Shown piece by piece: positions 28,574 to 38,809 of a stretch of 64,000 bases of DNA (positions within the stretch are counted from its first letter, which is position 1; each line of letters starts with the position of its first letter). Source of the stretch: Candidatus Thorarchaeota archaeon (GTDB lineage Archaea > Asgardarchaeota > Thorarchaeia > Thorarchaeales > Thorarchaeaceae); the NCBI GenBank assembly GCA_019057475.1, contig DXJO01000006.1:194327-258326 (forward strand), given 5' to 3'. The notes below the pieces were generated by a model, which worked only from the letters and a program-made list of their open reading frames with translations, was not told where the DNA came from and made no database searches. A program made the position numbers and the translations under genes.

Positions 28574-31500
28574 TTAGCTCTTTCCTCGTTTTTTCATGAC
28601 TATGACTATCACGATTATCGCAACAACTCCACCAGCAGCACCGATCATGATAATCAAAGTCATGAGATCCAATGGGACCCCGGTGTCAGTCGTACCTGTC
28701 GTCGTGGTTGTAGTTGTGGTTGTTGTAGTCACAGCTTCGGTCACGGTGACAATCACTGTATCACTCGTCAATCGACCTTCGCGGTCGTATACAGTACAGG
28801 TATAATTGTAGGTTCCAACTTCAAGTCCATCAAGAGAGATTACTATATTCCCTCCGTCCCAAGTGTCTGACTCAAAGACAGACCCATTCTCTAAGACCTG
28901 ATAGGTTGCTGGGTCGGTATCAAAGACAACCCATGTGAGTTCGTTACCCGTACTATCCTCTTCTATCGACATGTCCGAAGGTCCTTCAATGGTTGGCGCT
29001 ATTATATTCTGAACAGTCACCTCCACACTGTCCATGGTAGATCGGCCATTCATATCGAATAAGACAATACTATGATTGTGTATCCCGACTGTCATGTACG
29101 GAGTTAGATTATGAACAATGCGATGACCAGCCTCCCAGGAGCCACTACCCACATTTACTCCATCAACGAAGATGATGTAGTTGGTTGGATAATTACCAGA
29201 CGCCACCCACTGAATGGTGGGGCTTGTGGCATCTTCAGGCAAGTCCAAGTCAGGAGGACTAGATACAATTGGATCACGACCAAGCAGTGGCAGCACATCT
29301 GAGGAAACCAATTCTCCGCTCCCTATGGCAGTTCCGTATTCGACAATCATCCCACTGAATTTCAAAACTGAGATGTAATACAAGCTACCACCGAGGACAG
29401 CTTCAAGAATATGAGTTTCATACCCATTCCAGCTCCCTTCTCCAGTAACGGTGGCAATTTGGTTCCAGAGTTGGAAACAGCTCTTGTCACCTATACTAGC
29501 AGCAGGACGCGCATCTTCAGTAATCGTTTCCTGATACGGAATACGTTCGGGTGCCGCCAGGTTAGTGAACCACATGAAGCATGAGTGCAAAAAGTATGGT
29601 GTTACTGGCCATGTCTGACCTTCTTGTGAGATCCATCCGTTGAGAACATTCACAACAATCCAACTCTCAGAGATCACCCATTCACCCATGTACTGTGCAA
29701 TGGTCAATGTGCAATTGAGTTCGAACTGCGAAATCCACGAGTCATAGGTTGTGTTGATATGCATGACTTCCATTCCCAAAGCGATGAACACGAAGTGGCT
29801 ATAACTATCAGCTGGGATGTCAGCTATCGGCACAACATACTCAGAGGTTATTGAAACCGTGTCGTTGGTAATGGCTCCGGAAGGATAAGCTCCCAACAAT
29901 GAAATCACATTCGTCCCATTTTGGAAGACGGGGACAACCAGACCATTATTCGGATACGCACTTACGTGGTACACAGTGAAAACTTCCATACCATTTACAC
30001 GAGCAGTCAGGTTTTCCATCTGAGCGAAATTGGTCGCTGAATAACTAACGAATACGCTTCCTCCGACCAGAGTTGCTCCTGGTGTTGGATCCAATATCGT
30101 CAGTTCCTCAATTGACACAATAACCGTGTCCCTATTGTTAGTAACATAGACTTCACCCGTCACGGGCGCCACAAAGGATGTGATGTTTGCGGTCCCTGCA
30201 TGATCTACTACGATTGGCACAATGAGCTCAGTCCATTCGCCCGAATCAAGGGATGCTACGTTGAGAGTTGCTTCAAGTGTTTCATCTATCCATAGCTCTA
30301 AGGCGAAACTTGTTTCAGTCGAACCGCCCTGGTTAACCAGATCTATAATGCAAGTTGTTTCTTGACCCCGTCCCACTCCCTGTGGTTGAATGACAACTGT
30401 GCTGAGATCATGATCCTGTACTGTGAGCCAGTTCTCTACGATGTTTGTAAAAAGCTGGCGGTTGTCCTCTTCGTCAATGAACCCTTCAAAGCTTTGTGCA
30501 AGTGAGAGTATCTTGGTTGCGCCGAGTTCCACACTAACACCAAAGGGATACAAACCATCGGGCGAGTAGATGAGTTTTCGTCCTGGTGTTGTGACTTGAA
30601 ACTCCTCTTGCATAATTCCCACCCACAGGCTACTGATGCTTTCCATCAATGGATGTGAAGCATCAAAGCTAGTTGTAGTATCATGATATATATGCTCTCC
30701 TCCACTAAAACTGATGCCATACGGAGCTATTATTGATCTGACAGAATTCGATAGGGAACCATCGCCCATTGTTACTAGAATGCCACCACTGGAGAGATAA
30801 GACTCAACTGCAGCAATATCATAATCAGGCCAGATGTACTTGTTGCTTGTAACAAAGAGGATATCATAGGAATCAAGGTTGGTTTCAGAGAGGTTGCCTC
30901 TCAACTCAACGGTGATGTGACCCAGCATCTGATAGTGATCGAAGACGTCCCATATTTCCATCTCTTGATGTGCATATATCATTCCAATCGTCGCAACGGT
31001 TCGATTATACAAGACCGTGACATTGTCCGCACCGTAGTTGAGGGCTTCGTCGTAGGCTACCACAGTGATATTGACCCATTGCTCATTTGGAATTGCTAGG
31101 TACGTTTCTACTGCCCAAGGCTCAAGTGTAGTATGCAATACTCCATCCACTAGGACTTCGATTGCTGAAATATCGAAGTTTTCAGTCACAGACCAGTTAA
31201 CCTTTCCATCGGATAATTCAGTATCATTAAGCGGATAATCAATCGTTACCGTAGGTGATGTCAAGTCAACTGCCAAGTCCGTGGAGTAGCTATAATTAAC
31301 CCCTCCAGTTTCCATCTTGATTTCTATGTTATGCCAGTTTTCTGATAGTCCAGTGAGAGAGTAGTTCATTGACGATGTGCTTCCATTATAGGCAAAGTCC
31401 AGGTAGACATGGAAATCATCGATTGATGCGCTGGAGCGTGCATACCATGTTATGTTGAAGTCTGTGGAGCTTGTAACAATCGGAGAGGGGCCCCATATGA

Positions 31501-32332
31501 CGATTGGATTATACTCGAACCTAAGGGCCAGGTCATCGACAGGATCTGAGGAGAAGGTGTAGGTATTGTAGAAGCTAGTGTTCAATCCGTAGTTCAGGCC
31601 AACTGTGTAATTGTCCATTCCCTGCAACCAGTCATATTGGAATACAATGTCACCCCAAGCATATAGTATGACTTGGAAAGTTCCAGCCAAACCTCCTTCT
31701 CTGTAGTTGATATCCTCGAATTGAAACACGAGTCGTTCAGGAGAAGAAAGGTGTTTCACAGACATCCTTTCGATTTCCAAATCCGCCCAAAAAGGGGCTA
31801 GGAGGAACTCAGTGTCAGTATCGCCTAAAGGAAATGGTCTGATATCATAGTAATCGGGACTATTTCCGAAACAAAGCATGCCTGACGGTAATATGGTCAC
31901 ATAAGTAAAAGCTTCGCCATAGAATTCAAACTCGAATGGGAATTGAACGGAAACTGAATTTTGTATGTTTAAGTAATACAGATCACCATCACTCGCATCA
32001 ATCCAGCTATAAGCTGGTATTGTCATAGTATAGTTGTACCCGGTGATTTCAGGTGGATCGTCTAGAGGAATCATGTCGGAAAACTCGAATGTGCCAGGGA
32101 AACCTACTCCCTGAGGTTCTTTGTTCCAAGAAACGATATCTTGCTGATGATCTACTGAATTATCTTCGCGATGGTCAACGGAGGTCTCTTTAACAGGAAA
32201 ATCAGAGGTTTCAGTAACCACACGCGAAGGATTGCTCGAAACATTCACCGCAGGGGGCATTATCGCGGCAATGTTCACAAATAGAAATACAAGTGTTAAT
32301 ACCACTAAGAAAAAGCAGGGTCGTTTCTTCAT
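28574..32332 (-). CDS. Membrane-anchored modular surface protein (nidogen-like, Ig, DUF4350/GATase1-like, CARDB)
   Basis: Signal peptide; FPFEFEFYG...LAPFWADL; YLSSGG..HPLM domain; poly-Thr linker; TM helix plus KKRG. Confidence 0.85.
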   Translation of the reverse strand: MKKRPCFFLVVLTLVFLFVNIAAIMPPAVNVSSNPSRVVTETSDFPVKETSVDHREDNSVDHQQDIVSWNKEPQGVGFPGTFEFSDMIPLDDPPEITGYNYTMTIPAYSWIDASDGDLYYLNIQNSVSVQFPFEFEFYGEAFTYVTILPSGMLCFGNSPDYYDIRPFPLGDTDTEFLLAPFWADLEIERMSVKHLSSPERLVFQFEDINYREGGLAGTFQVILYAWGDIVFQYDWLQGMDNYTVGLNYGLNTSFYNTYTFSSDPVDDLALRFEYNPIVIWGPSPIVTSSTDFNITWYARSSASIDDFHVYLDFAYNGSTSSMNYSLTGLSENWHNIEIKMETGGVNYSYSTDLAVDLTSPTVTIDYPLNDTELSDGKVNWSVTENFDISAIEVLVDGVLHTTLEPWAVETYLAIPNEQWVNITVVAYDEALNYGADNVTVLYNRTVATIGMIYAHQEMEIWDVFDHYQMLGHITVELRGNLSETNLDSYDILFVTSNKYIWPDYDIAAVESYLSSGGILVTMGDGSLSNSVRSIIAPYGISFSGGEHIYHDTTTSFDASHPLMESISSLWVGIMQEEFQVTTPGRKLIYSPDGLYPFGVSVELGATKILSLAQSFEGFIDEEDNRQLFTNIVENWLTVQDHDLSTVVIQPQGVGRGQETTCIIDLVNQGGSTETSFALELWIDETLEATLNVASLDSGEWTELIVPIVVDHAGTANITSFVAPVTGEVYVTNNRDTVIVSIEELTILDPTPGATLVGGSVFVSYSATNFAQMENLTARVNGMEVFTVYHVSAYPNNGLVVPVFQNGTNVISLLGAYPSGAITNDTVSITSEYVVPIADIPADSYSHFVFIALGMEVMHINTTYDSWISQFELNCTLTIAQYMGEWVISESWIVVNVLNGWISQEGQTWPVTPYFLHSCFMWFTNLAAPERIPYQETITEDARPAASIGDKSCFQLWNQIATVTGEGSWNGYETHILEAVLGGSLYYISVLKFSGMIVEYGTAIGSGELVSSDVLPLLGRDPIVSSPPDLDLPEDATSPTIQWVASGNYPTNYIIFVDGVNVGSGSWEAGHRIVHNLTPYMTVGIHNHSIVLFDMNGRSTMDSVEVTVQNIIAPTIEGPSDMSIEEDSTGNELTWVVFDTDPATYQVLENGSVFESDTWDGGNIVISLDGLEVGTYNYTCTVYDREGRLTSDTVIVTVTEAVTTTTTTTTTTTGTTDTGVPLDLMTLIIMIGAAGGVVAIIVIVIVMKKRGKS

Positions 32333-32447
32333 GAAGATCTCTCTCCTTCAATCGACGCAGGATGACATCCACGCTATGCACCAGAATCCTGCGTAATTAC
32401 TTTCATTGTCATGTTGAACTATAAGTCTTTTCAATTGTCGCAGAATG

Positions 32448-33170
32448 TTAATAGAGAGCCTCTAGTAGGAACCACATTCCCAATACAATTTGAAAGACCC
32501 CTACCATCACACTGATCCAGTTGATTCCTCCAACCTTGGCCTTTTTGCCAGCCTTTTCAGTTCCTACAGCAAGAACAACGCCGAAGAGAAGGTCTGTTGA
32601 GATGTGTACGAGGTACACGAGGACTCCAGCAAGGAAAACTGTCCCTACCTCAAGAGTTTCCATGAGGCTTGATACGGCCGTGAACCCTGCTGCAATCCAC
32701 CAAAGTAGAAAATAAGGTGAGAGAATGCTCACTAGAGCACCTTGAATCGTCGCTTCGGCAGCAGTTGCCGAACTCATTGTTTCCTCGGATTCTTTGCTTT
32801 GTAAATTGTCATTATATCGATATTCTCTGAGGGCCACAAAGCCAAAGAGGATGATCACGAGACCCCCGCCTCCCTTCATGAGGTCGATGATTAGCTGGTT
32901 TTCAATGACCATCTGAACGCTCAGGATTATCACCGCAATAATGCCAATCTCAACGATGGCATGTCCGATCATGGGGAGCATTCCGTGCAGCTTACCTCTT
33001 TTGTTTGTCTGCATGACAACTGCCGCGGAAAGTGGACCTGGGGCTAAAGCTCCTGTCAATGATAGGATGAACCATCCAACAAGAATCTCTACAACAGCCA
33101 AAGCACTGGTCTCCACGCTCCATGCGACACACCCCCTTGAAAAAGGTTCGAATGTATGCATAACACGCAT
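32448..33170 (-). CDS. LysE/RhtB family translocator
   Basis: SLTGALAPGPLS, GHAIVE, SPYFLLWW. True start is probably slightly downstream. Confidence 0.85.
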   Translation of the reverse strand: MRVMHTFEPFSRGCVAWSVETSALAVVEILVGWFILSLTGALAPGPLSAAVVMQTNKRGKLHGMLPMIGHAIVEIGIIAVIILSVQMVIENQLIIDLMKGGGGLVIILFGFVALREYRYNDNLQSKESEETMSSATAAEATIQGALVSILSPYFLLWWIAAGFTAVSSLMETLEVGTVFLAGVLVYLVHISTDLLFGVVLAVGTEKAGKKAKVGGINWISVMVGVFQIVLGMWFLLEALY

Positions 33171-33270
33171 ACAATGGTATTACCACTATTACAGGTCATT
33201 CACTTAACGCGTGCCGAGAAAGTCTTAATAGAACTCTGAGCCGAATCAACTCCAATCGGAGCGGAATTCT

Positions 33271-34422
33271 ATGAAGCAGGTTCAAATCGTTGTTCCTTTC
33301 GAAAAGACCGAGTCCGTACTCAATTTCCTTCTTGATGTTGCTGATGTCAAGAACGTCATGAAATTCAATGCGGACAATGCACATGTCTTGCAGTTCCGGA
33401 TTCCAGACGGCGCTGTCTTGGAAACCGTGGAGAAGCTAAAGAGCCGTGGCATTGGTGTAGAATACGGCTATGTGGATATCCTGGACCTGACTGCCTCACT
33501 TCCAAGGGAGATTGAAGAAGAAAATGACAAAATGCTGCATAGAGAGGCCAGTTTGGCGGTTGAAGAGATCTACGAGAATGTCAAGAAGCAAGCATCACTG
33601 AGTTTTGATTTCATTGCATTTGTGGTCGTTGCAGCGGTCATGGCCGGGTTTGGCTTGATGCAGAACAACATGGTCATTATTGTTGCTTCAATGCTCCTGT
33701 CTCCGCTTATGGGCCCGATGCTAGGAGTGGCGCTTGGACACGTGGTTGGTGACCATTCACTCTTCATCAAAGGGACGAAGAACGAACTGATTGCACTAGC
33801 ATTTTCGTTTGCAATGGGGGGGGTGATGGCTCTCCTGATGCCTATTTTGGACCCTGGCCTACTTGCCCGTGTTGTAGCAGGAACCGGGGAGTTTGCATCG
33901 AATGCTACCATGCTTACGGAAATCACTCGAAGGGGGAATATGTTCTCCGGGCTCGACATCGGAATCGCGATCTTCTCTGGTGCTGCAGTAGCAATATCCG
34001 TGACCAGAGGCGATATGTCAAGTCTAGTTGGTGTTGCCATCTCAGCGGCACTGATGCCGCCAGCTGTCAATGTAGGAATGATGATTATACTTGGCATCGC
34101 CTATGGAGCCCCAATCGCGATAACGATTGGGACGGGTTCCTTGGCACTTCTAGCTATGAACATCATATTGATTGATGTAGCTGCGATTATCACTTTTAAA
34201 ATCAAGAAGCTGACACCCATAGCTAACAAGTCAGCGACCTGGACAGGGGTCATGGAATTCAAGCAAACACGGTCAGCAAGCCTCTATCATACAGCCCCGA
34301 TAGAGTCTGTGAGCAAACCTGAGGTCACAGCTGCGACCTTCACCCCTGCGCCTTCGGAAAAAGAAGACAGCAAAGAAACCGGGAACATCGCGAGTCAAAA
34401 ACCTGCAGAGCCAGAAGGCTAG
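33271..34422 (+). CDS. TIGR00341/DUF389 family membrane protein
   Basis: IVASMLLSPLMGP, LVGVAISAALMPPA. Confidence 0.9.
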   Translation: MKQVQIVVPFEKTESVLNFLLDVADVKNVMKFNADNAHVLQFRIPDGAVLETVEKLKSRGIGVEYGYVDILDLTASLPREIEEENDKMLHREASLAVEEIYENVKKQASLSFDFIAFVVVAAVMAGFGLMQNNMVIIVASMLLSPLMGPMLGVALGHVVGDHSLFIKGTKNELIALAFSFAMGGVMALLMPILDPGLLARVVAGTGEFASNATMLTEITRRGNMFSGLDIGIAIFSGAAVAISVTRGDMSSLVGVAISAALMPPAVNVGMMIILGIAYGAPIAITIGTGSLALLAMNIILIDVAAIITFKIKKLTPIANKSATWTGVMEFKQTRSASLYHTAPIESVSKPEVTAATFTPAPSEKEDSKETGNIASQKPAEPEG

Positions 34423-34679
34423 AATTCACTTAATGAATGCACATCTAGATATGCTGGCTCAGGGTGAATCCAAAGAGTCCAGTTCCGTCAGTTCTCTCGA
34501 TGACATCTTCGATAGTACAATCCCACTAGAAGCTGATGATGTGATGTCAGAATGAAGATTCCCAACATAGAACCCGATAACCAGTGGGTTGATTTGGTTG
34601 CCAAGGCGTTTCATACTTCGTTGGGGGATTAGCAAGTCGCCGGGGGATGAAAATCAGAATCGTTATTAATAGCAGTTGA

Positions 34680-36671
34680 GTGATTCCCACCTGTTATGAT
34701 AGGGCGTGGGATGCAATGATGAATGACAGGTCAAAAGAATCGCAGCTTCTTCTAGGTCTATTGGCTATCCTAATGCTTGTAACCTCATTGGTCCCGTTTG
34801 CACAGCAAATTCCACCTACGAATTTAGACATATCAAAAGGACAGACTGAAGGTTCTAGTCCACAGGACAAATTCATCCCTTCTTATATCACCCATGATCC
34901 CATTACGATTACCTCAAATGCGGATTTTGTATCTCAGGGTTTTTCGGGTAGCGGGACAGCAGAAGAGCCGTTTGTGATTTCAGGTTATAACATAACAACA
35001 ACAGAAACATGTATCTCCATTCAAGACACTGACGCTTACTTTGTCATTCGTGACTGTCTACTCACAGGAGGGTCATCAGGCCATGGTATTAGTGGCATTA
35101 GATTGCACAATGTGACCCACGGGGAGACACGAAATAATACCATCAGTCAAAAGGAATATGGTGTGTACCTCTCTTACTCCTCGAACAACAATGCGGTGGT
35201 GAACAACACCATATCTGATAGCGATTATGGTGTGCTTCTCTTTTATGGCTCACGCAACAACGTGATGGTGAACAACACCATCTTGGGAAACCTAGTCGGT
35301 GTGTACTTGTATAGATCCTTTGACAACACGTTATCATCAAACATCATGGTGAACAATGGAGTCCTCATTTCTGGTAATGCAGTGGAATATTGGCGGCATA
35401 ACATCACTACTGACAACTTGGTGAACGGAAAGCAGTTGGGTTATTTCTGGAACTGCACCGGTGTAGTCATTGACGGGGCCCAATACGGTCAGGTAATCCT
35501 TGCAAATTGTACTGGGATGGCTGTGGAGGACGGTGTGTTTAGCAACGCTTCGGCGGGGTTTCTTCTGGGGTACTCGTCATACTGCAGTTTGACGAATAAT
35601 ACACTATCAGGAAACTACTATGGCGTGCACCATATTTTTTCCTCGAATAACACATTGATGAACAACACAATCTCGGGAAACTATGATGGTGTGTACCTCT
35701 ATTATTCCTCGAACAACACAATAGTGAACAACACCATTTTAGAAAACTCAGATTGTGGCGTGTATTTGTGGGCTGTGTCAGAAGGCAACCTCTTCTACCT
35801 CAATGTAATTGCCTATAACGCTTATGAGAATGCTCATGACAGTGGAACTGACAACCACTGGAACTCCACCGGGATGGGAAACTACTGGTCTGACTATAAT
35901 GGTATTGGTGTGTATTATGTCACAGGGCCTACAGGTCCCATCGACTACCACCCCTTCATGTACCCACCTGATACCGCTCCACCAATAATCGACCACCCTG
36001 CAGACATAAGTTATGAAGAGGGAACAACTGGCAATTTCATCTTTTGGACTCCTAGTGATACCCATCCCTTTCATTATGTGATCTACAGGAATGGTACAGA
36101 GGTGGCATCCGACAGCTGGGATTGGATCTTCATTGGTATAAACATCGACGGACTGAGCGTAGGTGTCTACAACTACACGATTGTAGTGTATGACACTTCG
36201 GGGAACTATGCCAATGATACTGTTTTTGTCACAGTTATTGAAACCATCGAACCAACGATCGACCACCCTGCAGACATGGATTATGAAGAGGGAACAACTG
36301 GTCATAGTATCACCTGGACATCTAGTGATGAACATCCCTCACATTATGTAGTCTACCGGAATGGCACACAGGTGGTTTCTGAGAGTTGGGACGGGAGTTC
36401 CATCACGGTGAATGTTGATGGTCTGGGCGTGGGAGTCTACAACTATACGATTGTGGTGTATGACACCTCGGGGAACTGTGCCAGTGACACTGTTTTTGTC
36501 ATTGTACCACCACAAACGACCACAAGTACAACAACGACCACAACATCCACGACTACCACAACTCTTGATGAACCGGGTACATTTGACTACGCTACAATCA
36601 TAATCATAGTATCAGCTGGGGCTGTGCTAATCATAATTATCATCATAATCCTGAAAAAACGTGGTGATTAA
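34680..36671 (+). CDS. Membrane-anchored NosD/beta-helix surface protein with two Ig-like repeats
   Basis: GSGTAEEPFVI, YGVYL..S.NN repeats, GNYWSDY, two IDHPAD repeats, poly-Thr linker, TM helix plus KKRG. Confidence 0.88.
   Translation: MIPTCYDRAWDAMMNDRSKESQLLLGLLAILMLVTSLVPFAQQIPPTNLDISKGQTEGSSPQDKFIPSYITHDPITITSNADFVSQGFSGSGTAEEPFVISGYNITTTETCISIQDTDAYFVIRDCLLTGGSSGHGISGIRLHNVTHGETRNNTISQKEYGVYLSYSSNNNAVVNNTISDSDYGVLLFYGSRNNVMVNNTILGNLVGVYLYRSFDNTLSSNIMVNNGVLISGNAVEYWRHNITTDNLVNGKQLGYFWNCTGVVIDGAQYGQVILANCTGMAVEDGVFSNASAGFLLGYSSYCSLTNNTLSGNYYGVHHIFSSNNTLMNNTISGNYDGVYLYYSSNNTIVNNTILENSDCGVYLWAVSEGNLFYLNVIAYNAYENAHDSGTDNHWNSTGMGNYWSDYNGIGVYYVTGPTGPIDYHPFMYPPDTAPPIIDHPADISYEEGTTGNFIFWTPSDTHPFHYVIYRNGTEVASDSWDWIFIGINIDGLSVGVYNYTIVVYDTSGNYANDTVFVTVIETIEPTIDHPADMDYEEGTTGHSITWTSSDEHPSHYVVYRNGTQVVSESWDGSSITVNVDGLGVGVYNYTIVVYDTSGNCASDTVFVIVPPQTTTSTTTTTTSTTTTTLDEPGTFDYATIIIIVSAGAVLIIIIIIILKKRGD
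35981..36500 (+). repeat. 270-bp tandem duplication encoding Ig-like domains
   Basis: gaccaccctgcagacat at 35991 and 36261; tgtttttgtc at 36221 and 36491. Confidence 0.9.
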
Positions 36672-36681
36672 AGAAATCCGA

Positions 36682-36723
36682 GCCCGTCTAAACCCACGTG
36701 ACGGGCCGTGGCTTCCTTTCCTT
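36682..36723 (+). terminator. Hairpin plus pyrimidine tract
   Basis: gcccgtc (36682-36688) pairs with gacgggc (36700-36706), then cttcctttcctt, just after the stop at 36671. Confidence 0.45.
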
Positions 36724-36839
36724 GAGCTTGAAATGACACATTGAATGACTAAATGTGCTACTACGACTTTTCACGTATTACAAGCCAATATAGCGAGAAG
36801 GGTTACCCTTCTAACTATTCTTGGCTGGAGAATTATGCC

Positions 36840-37124
36840 GTGTCGAAGAAGGCAGAACTGAAGAATAAGCTCTTCAAAGGCTTAACACCGCATGATATTC
36901 TGACGTGGGAAGAGGAGAAGATGCGATACCAAAGAAAACAGGGCAGGAAAGTCACTGACCTTGAGTTTCTAAGACATCTGATGATGTACGCATCTCGACC
37001 TGTGATTTCTAGGAAAGAAGGCGTATCCGGCTACCTGACAGGGCAAGGTCCGATCTATGATAAAACTGGAAGTCTGCTAAGTCGGCATAGATCCCAGAGC
37101 AGCAAGCCATCACAGAAGGCATAA
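36840..37124 (+). CDS. Small basic protein, possible ribbon-helix-helix regulator
   Basis: GTG start after GGAG; helix-GRKVTDLEFLRHL pattern; ends 9 bp before the next gene. Confidence 0.55.
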   Translation: MSKKAELKNKLFKGLTPHDILTWEEEKMRYQRKQGRKVTDLEFLRHLMMYASRPVISRKEGVSGYLTGQGPIYDKTGSLLSRHRSQSSKPSQKA

Positions 37125-37133
37125 ATTCATAGG

Positions 37134-38441
37134 TTGAATGGAACACGCGACACGTTGAAGGGAGCTCTCGCATTGGCTGACCATAACATCCAAGCTATAT
37201 TACTGATGGACAAAGGTGGCATCCCGCTTTTCTTCATGAAGCTGGATCCGAAAGTCCTTGATATTGATCCAATGCTAGTGTCAGGATTCTTCACAGCGAT
37301 TCGGAGTTTTTCTAAGGAGGTAATCGAAAAAGGTGCAACGCAGTTCCAAGTTGACTATGGCGCACGGTTATTCAATATCACCTCCGGGAAGAAAGCAGAT
37401 CTCCTAATCGTCAGTCTTGGAAAACTGCAGGAGCGATTCGGACCTGTTATGACATCGATGCTCAAGGAATTCGAGAGCAAATGGCTCAAGGGCAAGAGCG
37501 TTGAAAAGATAGATTCCATGGACATTCACACTTGTTTTCCCAAGTTCCGTGAGAGTATCATTCACCGACTAACTTCTGGACGGATATCCATCTCATGGAT
37601 TCCATTCCTCGTCAGCTCTGATGGTGAACAGTCACCCGACCTGACAAGCCCTATCTTGTCCCATATCGACGGGGTGCGCACTTTGGAACTCATTCAGGAA
37701 CAGAGTGGGTTTCCAAGAGAAGAGGTTATTGAGGAGATATCCCGTCTTTGGGTGATAGGAGCAGTTGCGTTTCGCAGAATCCTGGACACAAGAGACATTA
37801 TAGCTTCAACGTCCAGACTTGACCCACTGCTGCAGTCCTCATCTGCGGAAAGAGAAGAGCTGAAACGAAATCATCCGGATATCGCAGTTCTGCTTCCTCG
37901 GCTATCTGGTATGTTTGACGGAAGGAGAACTGTGGAGGAAATCCTGAACGCGCTTGAAGGCCAACTCGAAAGGGAAGCTTTGGTTGATGCTATAGAAACC
38001 CTTCTTGACATGCAAGCAGTAGAGCCGCTATCACCTGAGAGGAGACGAATTCTACTCGCAAAGGAAGCAATGGATATAGCCATTAGAGTTGCAGAGAAGG
38101 TGTATTCTTCCGGCGAAATGACCAACGCGCTGCAGTCTTCACTGACCATGGGTTCTGCGCCAGAAGTCGTGGGGGAGATTAGATTGGTGGATAACAAATG
38201 GTCTGTCGAGTACGATTCCAGACTTCTTGAAGGCCTCGACCCCAGACGATTGATGGACCTGTATGCCGACTGGATGAAGCTGCTTGCTCAATTCTCAGCC
38301 GCTCTTGGAAGAAAGAAGTTGAAGCGATTCGTGGAAACCTTGACTCAAGCTTATGAAGTGTACCTATTGAACCGCTATTCCTCTCAAGACCTCAGAGGGT
38401 TTGAAGAGTTCTCATTCTGGCTGGAGCTGATCAACAAATGA
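37134..38441 (+). CDS. Longin-domain plus tandem winged-helix protein (NPRL2-like)
   Basis: ILLMDKGGIPLF...DPMLVSGFFTAIRSFSKEV longin-type N-terminus; IDGVRTL and FDGRRTVEEI winged-helix repeats. Confidence 0.75.
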   Translation: MNGTRDTLKGALALADHNIQAILLMDKGGIPLFFMKLDPKVLDIDPMLVSGFFTAIRSFSKEVIEKGATQFQVDYGARLFNITSGKKADLLIVSLGKLQERFGPVMTSMLKEFESKWLKGKSVEKIDSMDIHTCFPKFRESIIHRLTSGRISISWIPFLVSSDGEQSPDLTSPILSHIDGVRTLELIQEQSGFPREEVIEEISRLWVIGAVAFRRILDTRDIIASTSRLDPLLQSSSAEREELKRNHPDIAVLLPRLSGMFDGRRTVEEILNALEGQLEREALVDAIETLLDMQAVEPLSPERRRILLAKEAMDIAIRVAEKVYSSGEMTNALQSSLTMGSAPEVVGEIRLVDNKWSVEYDSRLLEGLDPRRLMDLYADWMKLLAQFSAALGRKKLKRFVETLTQAYEVYLLNRYSSQDLRGFEEFSFWLELINK

Positions 38442-38767
38442 ATCAAAATGAAACCGGTCTTCAAGAGATGGTCAGTATACTTGGTAGACGAGGGCAAACC
38501 ATCTACGGCAGACAAAGCATTGTGGAAGCCTGTACCAAAGCAGGTGTCATACTCATCGACACTCCTGATGACGAGCGATACGATGAGAATAGTCGAAAAT
38601 CGTTGGAGCGCTTCTTGCTAGAATACTCAAAGCTGGGTCCAGCTGCCAGATTGACGCTATTGATTCTCTCAAAACAATATGAAGCCACGTTGCCTGAGGA
38701 ACTTGCTCGCAAGAAGAAGAGCTTGGTTGACATTGTGAGCCTGCTCTCAGACTTTATGAACCAGTGA
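38438..38767 (+). CDS. Hypothetical helical protein, translationally coupled to the upstream gene
   Basis: ATGA overlap with 37134..38441. Confidence 0.75.
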   Translation: MNQNETGLQEMVSILGRRGQTIYGRQSIVEACTKAGVILIDTPDDERYDENSRKSLERFLLEYSKLGPAARLTLLILSKQYEATLPEELARKKKSLVDIVSLLSDFMNQ

Positions 38768-38809
38768 GTTGTCCGTAACATTGAACTAGGTGTAGGACGC
38801 TAGGAAGGC

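Noticed and set aside
34433-34555. 40-codon acidic ORF after the DUF389 gene
   Set aside because: Too short and low in complexity to support without conservation data.
35981-36500. Diversity-generating retroelement TR/VR pair
   Set aside because: Both copies are in-frame coding, mismatches are not adenine-specific, and no reverse transcriptase is present.
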